NCBI GenBank assembly: GCA_022795805.1
Contig: JAAWHK010000002.1
Span: 15,194 to 79,193 of the forward strand
Source: Hungatella sp.
GTDB lineage: Bacteria; Bacillota; Clostridia; Lachnospirales; Lachnospiraceae
Length of the DNA stretch: 64,000 bases
Direction of reading: 5' to 3'
In this document: one piece after another, positions 17,710-28,059 of the stretch
Numbering within the stretch: position 1 is the first letter of the stretch
How the letters are laid out: every line of letters begins with the position of its first letter
The notes under the pieces: generated by a model
The model's input: only the letters and a program-made list of their open reading frames with translations
Told to the model about the DNA's origin: nothing
The model's database searches: none
Program-made: the position numbers and the translations under genes

Positions 17710-18843
17710 CTAATAGTCTTCTCTCGTTTTTCGCTGCAGTCCTACATTTAAAACCACTCCCATACCAATGTAGATACTCAGCAGGGAACTGACCCCCGAA
17801 CTGATAAACGGCAGCGGCAGCCCCGTATTAGGGAAAATCGCCGTAGCAACCGCAATGTTTGCAAAACTCTGAAACGCAAGCAGCGTAGCCATACCCACAC
17901 AGATAAGTCTGCCGGACAGGTCTTTGGCCCGGCTGGCCATAAGCAGGCATTCGATAACGATTAAGAGAAGCAGCCCTATGACCACAAGACCTCCCACAAA
18001 CCCCATCTCCTCTCCCACTATGGCGAAGATGAAATCCGTCTGCTCCTCAATAAGAAAATTGCCGTTTTTTACGGACGCAATCTCCGTATTGCTCAGCCCC
18101 TTACCCCACAGCTGCCCCGAACCGATGGCCATAATGGAATTCTCCTGCTGGTAGTAGGCCTCGGCGTACTTCTCAGGATCTATCCAGGCCAGAATACGGT
18201 TTGCCTGATATTGTTCGATAAACGGAACCATATCGTAGCGGAGCAGATAAATAACCACAACGCTGGCAGGTATCACCACTGCCAGCACGCCCAGTATCCA
18301 CTTGTAGCTGACTCCGGACGCAAACACCACCGACGCGATGATCACCGTCACTACCAGGGTGGTTGATAAATTGGGCTGTTTGAATATCAAAAACGCTGGC
18401 ACCGCGAACAGCAAAACCCCCACTCCGAGAACGGATGCCAGGTTCTTCTTCTCCTCATACTTTCCGAAATACCAGGAAAAAAACAGAATCAGTCCAATCT
18501 TTACAAATTCTGCAGGCTGAATCTGCCCAATGACCGGGAGCACAATCCAGCGGGTGGCGATGCCCCGGGAGGTTCCCATAAGCAGAACCGCCACGAGCAT
18601 GACCACACACGCCAGATAGATAACGGTGCTCATGGACAGAAGCCGGTGATAATCAATCAGCGACAGTGCAGCTGCCAGAAACAGACCGATGACGATTCCC
18701 ATAATCTGTTTGTTCACTGCCGCCGTACTCTGGTTTGTCGCACTCCAGATGGCCATAATGCCGATAACGCTTAATACCAGCATATAGAGAACCACCCGAA
18801 CGTTGTATCTTCTGAAATTGTAATCAAATAACAGCATTAACAT
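17710..18843 (-). CDS. rodA: SEDS family rod-shape protein RodA
   Basis: ATRWI, IQPAEFVK, QPNLST, AIGSG, EEQTDFIFA and TGLPLPFISSG; in the mre/min operon. Confidence 0.9.
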   Translation of the reverse strand: MLMLLFDYNFRRYNVRVVLYMLVLSVIGIMAIWSATNQSTAAVNKQIMGIVIGLFLAAALSLIDYHRLLSMSTVIYLACVVMLVAVLLMGTSRGIATRWIVLPVIGQIQPAEFVKIGLILFFSWYFGKYEEKKNLASVLGVGVLLFAVPAFLIFKQPNLSTTLVVTVIIASVVFASGVSYKWILGVLAVVIPASVVVIYLLRYDMVPFIEQYQANRILAWIDPEKYAEAYYQQENSIMAIGSGQLWGKGLSNTEIASVKNGNFLIEEQTDFIFAIVGEEMGFVGGLVVIGLLLLIVIECLLMASRAKDLSGRLICVGMATLLAFQSFANIAVATAIFPNTGLPLPFISSGVSSLLSIYIGMGVVLNVGLQRKTREDY

Positions 18844-19114
18844 GTCCCCTTATAAGGCGTCCGTCTATTGGTATGGCGGCATAGAGGGCCGGAACGCCCT
18901 CCGTTCCGTCTGCGGGCCGGGACTTTGTAAGGCCGATCTCGATATCTCCCTGTTCAATCTCCAGATATCGGGAGACAGCCAGAAAGATGTCTTCCTTTAT
19001 CATCTCCAGAAATTCAGGGGAACAGTTGGTCTTGTCCGCCATAAGAAGAAGCCTTAAGCGCCTTCTGGCAATCTCCCCGGACCGTTTTCCAAAAAGAAGC
19101 CTGCTGCGGTACAT
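18824..19114 (-). CDS. minE: Cell division topological specificity factor MinE
   Basis: SGEIARRRLRLLL and ALYAAIPI; follows minD. Confidence 0.9.
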   Translation of the reverse strand: MYRSRLLFGKRSGEIARRRLRLLLMADKTNCSPEFLEMIKEDIFLAVSRYLEIEQGDIEIGLTKSRPADGTEGVPALYAAIPIDGRLIRGHVNAVI

Positions 19115-19124
19115 ACAATCCCTC

Positions 19125-19916
19125 CTAAGCGCGTTTTAGAAATCCGGTCAGCCGGGATATGAATCCCCTGCCTCCGTCCGGCACCGTAATAGGGATATCC
19201 TCCCCCATAAGTCTCTTGCAGATGTCAAGGTAGGCCTGTCCCGACGGGGTGTCCGTGCCCGCCAGCGGTTCTCCCTGATTGGTGGAGACCACGATGGCCT
19301 CGTCGTCAGGGACGGCTCCCAAAAGAGGTACCGCCAGAATATCCATCACGTCATCCACGGACATCATGTCCCCTCTTCGAACCATGTCGGTTCTGACCCG
19401 GTTCACGATCAGGTGAACCTGTCCCATATCTCCGGCCTCCAGAAGTCCGATGATCCGGTCCGCGTCGCGGATGGCTGAAACTTCCGGGGTGGTTACCACC
19501 AGCGCCCGGCCGGCCCCGGCGATGGCGTTGCGGAATCCCTGTTCGATTCCGGCCGGGCAGTCCAGCAGTATGTAATCAAAATCATCTTTCAGGTCCTCTG
19601 TAAGCTTTATCATCTGTTCAGGATTTACTGCTGACTTATCCCTGGTCTGAGCCGATGGCAGCAGATACAGATTGGGATATCTTTTGTCTCTGATCAGGGC
19701 CTGCTTCATTCTGCAGTTTCCCTCCACCACATCAACCAGATTGTAGACGATCCGGTTCTCCAGCCCCATAACCACATCCAGGTTGCGCAGCCCGATATCC
19801 GTATCGATAAGAGCTACCCGCATTCCCAGCATGGCCAGACCGGTTCCAATGTTCGCAGAGGTTGTGGTTTTACCCACCCCGCCTTTTCCGGAGGTAATAA
19901 CAATGACTTCACTCAT
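19125..19916 (-). CDS. minD: Septum site-determining ATPase MinD
   Basis: SGKGGVGKTT, DIGLRNLD, DCPAGIEQG and C-terminal amphipathic helix. Confidence 0.98.
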   Translation of the reverse strand: MSEVIVITSGKGGVGKTTTSANIGTGLAMLGMRVALIDTDIGLRNLDVVMGLENRIVYNLVDVVEGNCRMKQALIRDKRYPNLYLLPSAQTRDKSAVNPEQMIKLTEDLKDDFDYILLDCPAGIEQGFRNAIAGAGRALVVTTPEVSAIRDADRIIGLLEAGDMGQVHLIVNRVRTDMVRRGDMMSVDDVMDILAVPLLGAVPDDEAIVVSTNQGEPLAGTDTPSGQAYLDICKRLMGEDIPITVPDGGRGFISRLTGFLKRA

Positions 19917-19985
19917 ATTTCCTTCCTCCTGCAATAAAAGCCTTAACACAAATATTCTACTCTATATTTTAGAATATTTCCAGTA

Positions 19986-20651
19986 TTAAATAGATTTTAA
20001 CACATTAAAAATACTTTTTTTTATAGAATTTAAACAAATCGTCTCATTTTCAACGGATGCCGTCATGGGCCCCCGCCCCAGACGCCGCCCTTTCTCGTTG
20101 ATTTCCGTCTCAAAACCGGCAATTTTCAGCTGATACGGCGCCATGGTCAGAGCCACCGCCACCGCCTCCCGGTTGCCGGAAGCCCCGGCCACCACGGTTC
20201 CCTTCAGCTCGCCCAGAACGATCACATTGCCTTTGGCCGTTACCCGGGCCCCCGGTTCCACATCTCCGATGACCACGATACTGGCCTCCGATTCCAGCGA
20301 CTCCCCTCTGTGCAGGTGTCCCCTGTAAAACTGACCGGTACACGAGGACAGCTCCATCAGCTTTTCATTCAGCGCCTTTTCGCACCGTCGTATACGGTTG
20401 CTGTCCAGGTCCACCAGACACACAATCTCGATCTGGGAGTGGTCCATAATGACATTGGCAATCTGAAACTCCTGCTCCGGGGCCAAAGGTCTGCCCGCCA
20501 GGGTCAGGGTCATCTGGACAGAGCCCCAAAACCTGGCACTCTCCTCAAACTTTCTGGCGATGTCCCCCAAAAGCTCCTCAAAGGGAACTTCCGGGGCCAG
20601 AATCACCGTCATACCGGACTTATTGCTTTTAATCACTACAGAACTTTTCAT
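19986..20651 (-). CDS. minC: Septum site-determining protein MinC
   Basis: C-terminal beta-helix VVIGDVEPGARVTAKGNVIVLGELKG; position before minD. Confidence 0.92.
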   Translation of the reverse strand: MKSSVVIKSNKSGMTVILAPEVPFEELLGDIARKFEESARFWGSVQMTLTLAGRPLAPEQEFQIANVIMDHSQIEIVCLVDLDSNRIRRCEKALNEKLMELSSCTGQFYRGHLHRGESLESEASIVVIGDVEPGARVTAKGNVIVLGELKGTVVAGASGNREAVAVALTMAPYQLKIAGFETEINEKGRRLGRGPMTASVENETICLNSIKKSIFNVLKSI

Positions 20652-20687
20652 ACACTAATCCACCTTCTTACCATCACTTCGAATTCA

Positions 20688-23570
20688 TTAGTCCCCGATA
20701 ATAACATTGCTGGCATCCAGAGCGCCCGCCCCTATGATGTCCTCAAGAGTGGTGTAGCCGTAGTAAAAGCGGTATACACTCTTGGCTATGGTCGCCGCAT
20801 TGGCGGAGGAATACCCGTAAGGGATATTGACCGTCACGCTGATCTCCGGGTTGGAATAGGGCCCGTAGGAGATGAAAAACGCGTGATTGGCTCTGGTGTT
20901 CTCCTGAGCCGTACCGGTCTTTCCGGCGATATCCACCTCCAGGTCCTTAAAGATACGCTTTGAGGAGCTGTCGGTGATCACCCGCCTCATGCCGCTCTGA
21001 ACCGCGTCCCAGGTAGTGTCCGCGATATCTACATAGCTGGATACCTGGGGCATGCAGTTCTCGGCCAGACTTCCGTCGGAGTTCGTAATTTTGTCGATAA
21101 GACTCAGCTCGAACACCTTGCCTCTGTTGGCAAGGGCTGTCACGTAGCGGGACAGCTGTACATTGGTGTAAGCATTGGTGCCCTGACCCATGGAGGAACG
21201 CTCCGGGTCTTCGGTGGAGAGTTTCGGCGCACTCTCAGCGATCTCGATTCCCGACGGATGATCCAGGCCGAATTTGGAGGCGTAATTCCGTATGACCTCC
21301 AGTCCCCGGTCCGTGGAGTACACGCCGTCCTCGCTGGTGGAAAGACGGTGGGCCACCTCGCAGAAGAAATAGTTGCAGGAGTTCTCCAGTCCGCCGGACA
21401 CATCCAGTTTGCCGTGGCGTCCCGGATTGATCCAGCACTTGATCTTCGGGAATACCTCTTCATAGGTACCGGTACATTCAATCTCATCCGCCGTGGTCAC
21501 CACCCCCTCCTCCAGCGCCGCAATAGCCGTAATGGGCTTAAACGTGGAACCCGGGGCCTTGGACACCTGGGTGGCGTTGTTGTACAGGGGGAGGGACAGA
21601 TCCTCGTTCAGCTGGCTGAAATACGTAGCATCCACGGTCCCTGACAGCATGTTGTTGTTGTAGCTGGGGTATGTTACCAGCGCCCGCACCTTTCCGGTGT
21701 TCACATCGGTGACCGTGCACCCGGCGGTGCAGGGGTCCAGGGCCAGCTGCGCCGGTGTAATGTCTAAATTGGTTATCCTGTCGATGAGGAACGTAAAGGC
21801 GTATTCTTCCCCTCCCGTGGACAGAAGCCGCATCTGCTCCTCGTCGTAGGGAAGGACGTTCTGAGAGTAGAGAGCCATGCACAGCTCCCTCCCCGTAATA
21901 ATATCCTGATTTATCAGATAGCGGTAAATCCGCTTGGTAAACTGAGTGTCATTCTCAAGCTCCTGCATCACATAGTCCACCAGGGCCTGGAAACTGTCGT
22001 CTGCGTTGGAATATTTGTTGTTCACAGGCAGTTTTGTGGTGTCGATCCAGTCGTGGGCAATGCCGTAATACAGATATTCCCGCAGGCTGATGGATTCCTC
22101 CTTCCACGCCTCGGCTTCCGGGCTGGCTGCGTCTATCCTGCTTTTCTGGAGAATATCAACGGTGTCGGATGACAGGTAGGAATACACATACAGCATATAC
22201 GCCTTCATATCCTCCGGCAGGGCGGATATGGGCGGCGCCGACGGGCTGCCCAGCTGACTCCTCATATCGGACAGGATCTGCTGTCTGGATGAGGCAAATT
22301 TACTGAGTATCTCCCGCTCCACCGCTCCGGCGTCCTCCCGCTCCATGGATTTTAAGGACAGGACGTTGTTGTTAATCAGCTGATAGTAGGCATCTTTCAC
22401 GGGGATCTTCTTCTTACTGGAGTCCCGGTTCTCCTCCTCCGTCACCTCCCGGTTCACCAAACGGTCCGTAAGAATACCGGCCAGATGCTTCTCCAGAAGG
22501 TGGTAGATGCCGATCTGAAGTTCCCTGTCCAGGGTCAGGTAGATGTTGCTTCCCGCCTCTGGCTCCGTGGCGTCATCCAGCACCTTAAGAACACGGCCTC
22601 TGCTGTCGACGTACATATTCTGAACGCCCTTCTTCCCCTGGAGCTTGTCCTCCTGGGTAGCCTCGATGCCGATACGGCCTACAATATCGTTCAGCTCATA
22701 GCTCTCGTCCCTCTGCTTTAGCTCTTCCAGCTGCTCCTCGCTGGACACCTTACCCGTGTAGCCGATGATGGGGGCGAAATACAGCGCGTCCTCATAGATG
22801 CGCACCGTGGATTCGGCGATGTCCACCCCCTGGAGGGAGGCCATGTGCTCGGAAATATCCACCACCGTGCTCTCCGACACGTTGGCGGCCACCGTGGTCG
22901 TCTTGTAGCTGGTGTATGCCGTCAGGGACAGAGAGTACCGGATGATCCCCACCTTCAGCGCTTCATCGTCCGCCAGAACAAGAGGATTTCCCTTGTCGTC
23001 TTTCAGGTCCCCTATCTTAAACTTTTCCTTGGTCATCTCGAAGACATCCCTGGCAGTCACGTTGCTGGGGTACTTCCCGTCCTCATCGTCCAGCTCGTCC
23101 ACGGAACGGCGGCCGTAGAAATCCCTCAAAAACCTTAGTCTGGCCGTCTCTGAGGAGGTTGTAAACACAAAATCCCCGTTCTGGTCAATGGTGATTGGCA
23201 GATCCCCCTGGATCGACTCCCCATGCTTGTCCAGGATTCGCACCAGATCCAGGATCATAAGATTTCGGGTCTGATCGGAAGTGTAAGCCCCCACATCCTG
23301 GATGGTCACGGAGTAAGCCAGCTCGTTCCTGGCCAGAACTATTCCGTTGCAGTCGTAAATATTGCCTCTGGTTCCGGTGATATAAGACGTCCTCAGGATC
23401 TTGGACTCGTATTTCTGCATAAACTCTTCGCCCCGGACAATCTGCAGATCAAACAGTTTTATCACAAGGCCGGCAAACATACAGACAAAAATTACGGCCA
23501 GGGCAAAAATCCTTGATGTGATTATCCGTTTAATGCCTATCTGTATCAATTCCAGCAAATCTCTAAACAA
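20688..23570 (-). CDS. Class B penicillin-binding protein (PBP2/MrdA-like) with a large insertion
   Basis: TM helix, RGNIYD, IGYTG, GIE, then STFK, SCN and KTG motifs; probable TTG start at 23570 after AGGAG. Confidence 0.92.
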   Translation of the reverse strand: MFRDLLELIQIGIKRIITSRIFALAVIFVCMFAGLVIKLFDLQIVRGEEFMQKYESKILRTSYITGTRGNIYDCNGIVLARNELAYSVTIQDVGAYTSDQTRNLMILDLVRILDKHGESIQGDLPITIDQNGDFVFTTSSETARLRFLRDFYGRRSVDELDDEDGKYPSNVTARDVFEMTKEKFKIGDLKDDKGNPLVLADDEALKVGIIRYSLSLTAYTSYKTTTVAANVSESTVVDISEHMASLQGVDIAESTVRIYEDALYFAPIIGYTGKVSSEEQLEELKQRDESYELNDIVGRIGIEATQEDKLQGKKGVQNMYVDSRGRVLKVLDDATEPEAGSNIYLTLDRELQIGIYHLLEKHLAGILTDRLVNREVTEEENRDSSKKKIPVKDAYYQLINNNVLSLKSMEREDAGAVEREILSKFASSRQQILSDMRSQLGSPSAPPISALPEDMKAYMLYVYSYLSSDTVDILQKSRIDAASPEAEAWKEESISLREYLYYGIAHDWIDTTKLPVNNKYSNADDSFQALVDYVMQELENDTQFTKRIYRYLINQDIITGRELCMALYSQNVLPYDEEQMRLLSTGGEEYAFTFLIDRITNLDITPAQLALDPCTAGCTVTDVNTGKVRALVTYPSYNNNMLSGTVDATYFSQLNEDLSLPLYNNATQVSKAPGSTFKPITAIAALEEGVVTTADEIECTGTYEEVFPKIKCWINPGRHGKLDVSGGLENSCNYFFCEVAHRLSTSEDGVYSTDRGLEVIRNYASKFGLDHPSGIEIAESAPKLSTEDPERSSMGQGTNAYTNVQLSRYVTALANRGKVFELSLIDKITNSDGSLAENCMPQVSSYVDIADTTWDAVQSGMRRVITDSSSKRIFKDLEVDIAGKTGTAQENTRANHAFFISYGPYSNPEISVTVNIPYGYSSANAATIAKSVYRFYYGYTTLEDIIGAGALDASNVIIGD

Positions 23571-24081
23571 TGGTGGTATCTCTCCTATTTTCAATCTCTG
23601 TCAGCCGTCTGCCGATGTAGAGAAGCAGGCGGTAAATCAACAGCGTGGTTACAACCGTAAAGATGGTCTCCGGTATTATAAGTTCTTTCAGATAATAGAG
23701 GATATTCAGCCGCCCCCGGATCAGAAAGCGGAACACATACACGTACAAATTGTACGCCAGCTCGTTGAGCACGCTCAGAACCAGGGGAAGCGTAATGTAT
23801 TCTTCATAGTAATATTTGGTACAGATGCCGTTTACGTATCCCACGTACACGTAGAACAGCGTATAAAAGCCGAAAGGTCCGCTGTAAAACAGATCCAGCA
23901 GGATTCCCGCCAGAAAACCGTAAAACATCCCCTCCCTCTGCCCTTTCATAAAACCGAAGGAAAAAGTCAGGATCAGAAGCAGATTCGGGGAGGCCGACAG
24001 AAAGGGAATCAGGGGAAACACACAGTTCTGTATGGTAAACGCAGCGATTATAAGGACCAGGTTGATAACTGTCCGCTTCAT
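23563..24081 (-). CDS. mreD: Rod shape-determining protein MreD
   Basis: Hydrophobic; PNLLLI and GFLAGILLDL; follows mreC. Confidence 0.92.
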   Translation of the reverse strand: MKRTVINLVLIIAAFTIQNCVFPLIPFLSASPNLLLILTFSFGFMKGQREGMFYGFLAGILLDLFYSGPFGFYTLFYVYVGYVNGICTKYYYEEYITLPLVLSVLNELAYNLYVYVFRFLIRGRLNILYYLKELIIPETIFTVVTTLLIYRLLLYIGRRLTEIENRRDTTIV

Positions 24082-24082
24082 A

Positions 24083-24928
24083 CTATTCTCCTTCGGAATC
24101 ATCGGTTTCTTTCAGGTCCGTAATGATCAGCACCTCCTGAAGATTGCTGAACTGGGCCACAGGCACCAGGTACCCGGAGCTGGTCAGCTGATTGCTGTCA
24201 ACGGAAATATCCGCCGCGTATCCGATAAGAATACCGGGAAGATAGGTGGAGCTGATGTTGGATGTGACGATCCGGTCCCCGTCCTTCACATCCCCGCCCT
24301 CCTTGATCCCGCTGATGGTCAGGCGACCCTCCTTGTATAGGGTCAGATCCCCGCCCACGATGCAGGTGTCCCCGGACTGAAGCGCCATGGCGCTGACCCG
24401 GCTGGAGTCGTCGATTATGGAGCGGACCGTGGCATAGTGGGCCCCCACATCCGTGACAATGCCTGCCAGACCGCCGCCTGCCAGGACGTTGTTGCCCACC
24501 TGGATGCCGTCGGCGGACCCCTTGTTCACACGGAACACCTGAAACCAGTCGCCGGAATCATTGGCAATGACCCTGGCAGCGGTCTTGCTGTACTGCATAT
24601 ACTCCTGGTCCAGAGCGTACAGATCCCGGAGGCGCTCCAGCTCAAACCGTTCCGATGTCAGCCGGTTGTTCTCCTCAGTCAGACGGTCAATCTCCGTCTG
24701 AAGCCTGCGGTTTTCCTCCAGCGCACCTTTCAGCTGTCCGTAATCGTCCAGCTCCTGGTATATGGTCACCCCGGCCCTGTTGACGCCGGACTGAATGGGG
24801 ATCAGTACATATCCCACCGCCGTGCGCAGCGGTTCGAGCCACTGATCCGTCACCAGAGTGATCCCCATAAGCAGGATGCAGAACACGGTCAGGCCTGCTA
24901 AAATATATCGATTATATTTGGATTCCAT
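24083..24928 (-). CDS. mreC: Rod shape-determining protein MreC
   Basis: TM helix plus coiled coil; ARVIA, NKGSADGI, GDRIVTS and YLPGILIG. Confidence 0.95.
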   Translation of the reverse strand: MESKYNRYILAGLTVFCILLMGITLVTDQWLEPLRTAVGYVLIPIQSGVNRAGVTIYQELDDYGQLKGALEENRRLQTEIDRLTEENNRLTSERFELERLRDLYALDQEYMQYSKTAARVIANDSGDWFQVFRVNKGSADGIQVGNNVLAGGGLAGIVTDVGAHYATVRSIIDDSSRVSAMALQSGDTCIVGGDLTLYKEGRLTISGIKEGGDVKDGDRIVTSNISSTYLPGILIGYAADISVDSNQLTSSGYLVPVAQFSNLQEVLIITDLKETDDSEGE

Positions 24929-25630
24929 CTATAACATTCCCTCTTTTTTAAAGCTGCAGTAGTTGTTGTCCCCAATCACTACGTGATCCAGAAGCCGGAT
25001 GTCCACAAGGCTTCCCGCCTCATGAATCTTCCTGGTCAGAAGACAGTCCTCCCGGCTGGGCGTGGAATCGCCGCTGGGATGGTTGTGGACCAGGATAATG
25101 CCCACGGCCTGACAGCGCAGGGCCTCAATAAAGATCTCGCGGGGCGAAGCCAGGGTCGCATTCACCGTTCCCTTGGATATGAGTACATCCCGGATCAGAG
25201 CCTGACGTGTATTAAGGAGCATGACATAGAGGTGCTCCTGCTGTAAGTGTCTCATCTCTTCCATATAGTACTCTGCCACAGACTGGGGGTTATCAAATAC
25301 GGTATTTCTCACAATCGCCGCGCGCCGGCTGATGCGTTTCGACAGCTCTCCGATGCACTGCAGCTGAATGCCTTTGACAGGTCCGATGCCCGGAAGCTTC
25401 CTGAAATCGGAAAGGGACAGACGGCAAAGGCCCAGAAGACCGTCATCTTTCGGGTAGGTCAGTTCCAGCACCTTCTGCGCCAGCTGAAGAGAGCTGAAAT
25501 TCCGGCTGCCGGTCCGTATGATTACGGCCAGCAGCTCCGCGTCGCTCAATACCCCGGGACCGTTTGAAACGCATTTCTCATAGGGACGGTCCTGCTTCGG
25601 AATATCTTTCATCTTAATGTGTTCATCCAC
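24929..25630 (-). CDS. radC: RadC (JAB/MPN-domain) protein
   Basis: RPYEK, LSDAELLA, HhH GIGPVK, HNHPSGD and LLDHVVIG; GTG 25630 after GAGGAG. Confidence 0.95.
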   Translation of the reverse strand: MDEHIKMKDIPKQDRPYEKCVSNGPGVLSDAELLAVIIRTGSRNFSSLQLAQKVLELTYPKDDGLLGLCRLSLSDFRKLPGIGPVKGIQLQCIGELSKRISRRAAIVRNTVFDNPQSVAEYYMEEMRHLQQEHLYVMLLNTRQALIRDVLISKGTVNATLASPREIFIEALRCQAVGIILVHNHPSGDSTPSREDCLLTRKIHEAGSLVDIRLLDHVVIGDNNYCSFKKEGML

Positions 25631-25743
25631 AGGCAAGCTCCTCACTGCGTGACTCTCCCGTGTACGAAGTCAGAAGGCTTCTGGTAATTTTACCATAACT
25701 TGGTATCCGTGTATAGATAGTTTATAAAATCTTAATCTATGAT

Positions 25744-27024
25744 TCAGTACCTCTTGATCCCTGCGTCACACACTTTCTGCAGGGACTTGAGGATGCCAAG
25801 CTTGGCGTGATACCATGTGAGGCCTCCCTGAAAATACACGGCGTATGGCTCCTTGATGGGGCCGTCGGCGCTCAGCTCGATGGAGGAACCCTGAACGAAT
25901 GCGCCCGCCGCCATGATCACCGGGGCGTCGTACCCGGGCATGTCCCACGGCTCCGGGGTCACGAAGCTGTCCACGGGAGCGGCCGCCTGGATCCCCTGGC
26001 AGAAGGCGATGACGCCCTCCTTGGTGCCGAAGGTGATGGACTGGATAATATCGTGGCGCTCCTCCCGGCTGTTGGGAACCACCGGAAAGCCCAGACGCTC
26101 GTAGACGTTGGCGGCGAAGATGGCCCCTTTCAAGGCGTTGGCCACAACCACAGGCGCCAGAAAGAGTCCCTGGAAAAAGGACTGGTTAAGCCCCAGGCTG
26201 GCTCCCACCTCCCTGCCAAGGCCGGGGGCGCTTAAGCGGTAGGCGGCCCTGTCAATACAAGCCTGTGTGCCCACGATGTAGCCGCCTATGGGGGCCAGAC
26301 CGCCTCCCGGGTTCTTGATCAGTGACCCAACGGCCATGTCGGCGCCTGCCTGGGTCGGCTCTGTGGTTTCCACGAATTCTCCATAGCAGTTGTCTACCAT
26401 ACAGATTAGCTCCGGCTTGATCTTTTTGGCAAAGGCAATTACCTCCCCGATCTGTTTCACGGAGAAAGAAGGCCTGGTGTCGTAGCCTTTGGAACGCTGG
26501 ATGGTCATGATCTTCGTCTTTTCGTTGATGGCTTTCTCGATGCCGTCAAAGTCAAAGCTGCCGTCGGCCAAAAGCTCCACCTGGCGATAGCTTACCCCGT
26601 ACTCCTTCAGGGAACCGGTGGAATTCCGGATGCCTATGACCTCCTCCAGGGTGTCATAGGGTTTCCCGTTGGGGGACAGGATCTCATCTCCGGGGCGCAA
26701 ATTGCCCGACAGGGCAACGTGAAGGGCGTGGGTTCCGCTCATGAGCTGAGGGCGCACCAGGGCGCTCTCGGCCTGAAACAGATCGGCGTACACCTTCTCC
26801 AGGGTGTCCCTCCCGAAATCGTTGTACCCATACCCTGTCGATGCGGCAAAATGGGCCTCGCAGACACGGTTATCCTGCATGGCCTTTATGACTTTCAGCT
26901 GATTGTACTCGGCCGTCTCGTCAATGGCTCTGAAACGGCCTTTCAGGGATTCCTCCACCTTGTTGCCGAAGTTCAGCACCTGGCGGCTGATTCCCAGCGA
27001 TGTATACATATTTTCCAGTTCCAT
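25744..27024 (-). CDS. YnbB-like PLP enzyme (methionine gamma-lyase family / 'aluminium resistance protein')
   Basis: GYGYNDFGRD, GKPYDTL, DNCYGEF and GSLIKNPGGG. Confidence 0.92.
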   Translation of the reverse strand: MELENMYTSLGISRQVLNFGNKVEESLKGRFRAIDETAEYNQLKVIKAMQDNRVCEAHFAASTGYGYNDFGRDTLEKVYADLFQAESALVRPQLMSGTHALHVALSGNLRPGDEILSPNGKPYDTLEEVIGIRNSTGSLKEYGVSYRQVELLADGSFDFDGIEKAINEKTKIMTIQRSKGYDTRPSFSVKQIGEVIAFAKKIKPELICMVDNCYGEFVETTEPTQAGADMAVGSLIKNPGGGLAPIGGYIVGTQACIDRAAYRLSAPGLGREVGASLGLNQSFFQGLFLAPVVVANALKGAIFAANVYERLGFPVVPNSREERHDIIQSITFGTKEGVIAFCQGIQAAAPVDSFVTPEPWDMPGYDAPVIMAAGAFVQGSSIELSADGPIKEPYAVYFQGGLTWYHAKLGILKSLQKVCDAGIKRY

Positions 27025-27041
27025 ACCTTTTGACTCTCCTG

Positions 27042-27992
27042 TTATATTGTGATATTTGTATGTTGTTCCCCTACTTCTGAGAGAATATGCTCCAGCACCT
27101 TCGTTCTGCTCTCAAACTCCGGCAGATTCAGCCACCGCACATCCCTCTCCCGACGAAACCAGGTAAGCTGCCTCTTGGCAAAATGCCTGGTATCCCGCTT
27201 CAGGGTGCAGACCGCCTGATCAAGGCTTACGCACCCGTCCAGATAATCCAGCATCTCCTTGTAGCCCAGCCCCTGCATGGACACCATATCCCTGGTGCAG
27301 CCCATGGCTTTCAGCTTCTTTACCTCCTCAACCAGTCCGGCCTCAACCATCCGGTCCACCCTCCTCTCGATGCGCTCGTAGAGAAGGGCCCTGTCCGTGT
27401 TCAGCACATAGTAAAAGAGACGGTAGGGGGACTCTTTCTTCCGCTCCATCTCGTTGTGCCGGGAGATCCGAGTACCGGTTTTCCGGTAAAATTCGATGGC
27501 ACGGATCACCCGCTTTACATTGTTGGCGTGAATCTGCCGGGCCGCGTCGGGGTCCACGGCGGCAAGCATCCGGTGGAGATGGTCCGGCCCTTTTAAAGCC
27601 GCCTCCTGCTCTAAAAAACGGCGCAGGGCCGGGTCGGAATCATTGGCCGTAAAATCAATGTCGTAAACCAGGGACTGAATGTAAAATCCCGTCCCCCCTG
27701 CCACAATGGGAATATGGCCCCGGCCGAAGATCCCGGACAAAGCCTCCTTCGCCATCCTCTGAAAGACGACCACGTTAAATTCCTCCCAGGGATCCAGCAC
27801 GTCTATAAGGTGGTGGGGAATCCCGCCCGTCTCCTCCTTTGTCACCTTGGCGGAGCCAATGTCCATGTGCCGGTACACCTGCATGGAGTCGGCGCTGATG
27901 ATCTCCCCGCCAAGAGACCTGGCCAGAGCTATGGATAGATCCGTTTTTCCCACAGCCGTGGGGCCTGTGAGAACAATAAGGGGCAGAGCCAT
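27042..27992 (-). CDS. miaA: tRNA dimethylallyltransferase
   Basis: GPTAVGKT, SADSMQVY, GGTGFY and AKRQLTWF. Confidence 0.98.
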   Translation of the reverse strand: MALPLIVLTGPTAVGKTDLSIALARSLGGEIISADSMQVYRHMDIGSAKVTKEETGGIPHHLIDVLDPWEEFNVVVFQRMAKEALSGIFGRGHIPIVAGGTGFYIQSLVYDIDFTANDSDPALRRFLEQEAALKGPDHLHRMLAAVDPDAARQIHANNVKRVIRAIEFYRKTGTRISRHNEMERKKESPYRLFYYVLNTDRALLYERIERRVDRMVEAGLVEEVKKLKAMGCTRDMVSMQGLGYKEMLDYLDGCVSLDQAVCTLKRDTRHFAKRQLTWFRRERDVRWLNLPEFESRTKVLEHILSEVGEQHTNITI

Positions 27993-28059
27993 TGCACACT
28001 TCTCCTTTTATATAGTGATAGTTTCTTTTCGTCGCGAATCCCTGATTTCTTAACCCTGA

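Noticed and set aside
24929-25630. radC as a marker of a mobile or anti-restriction element
   Set aside because: Full-length HhH plus JAB form in its usual chromosomal position before the mre genes.
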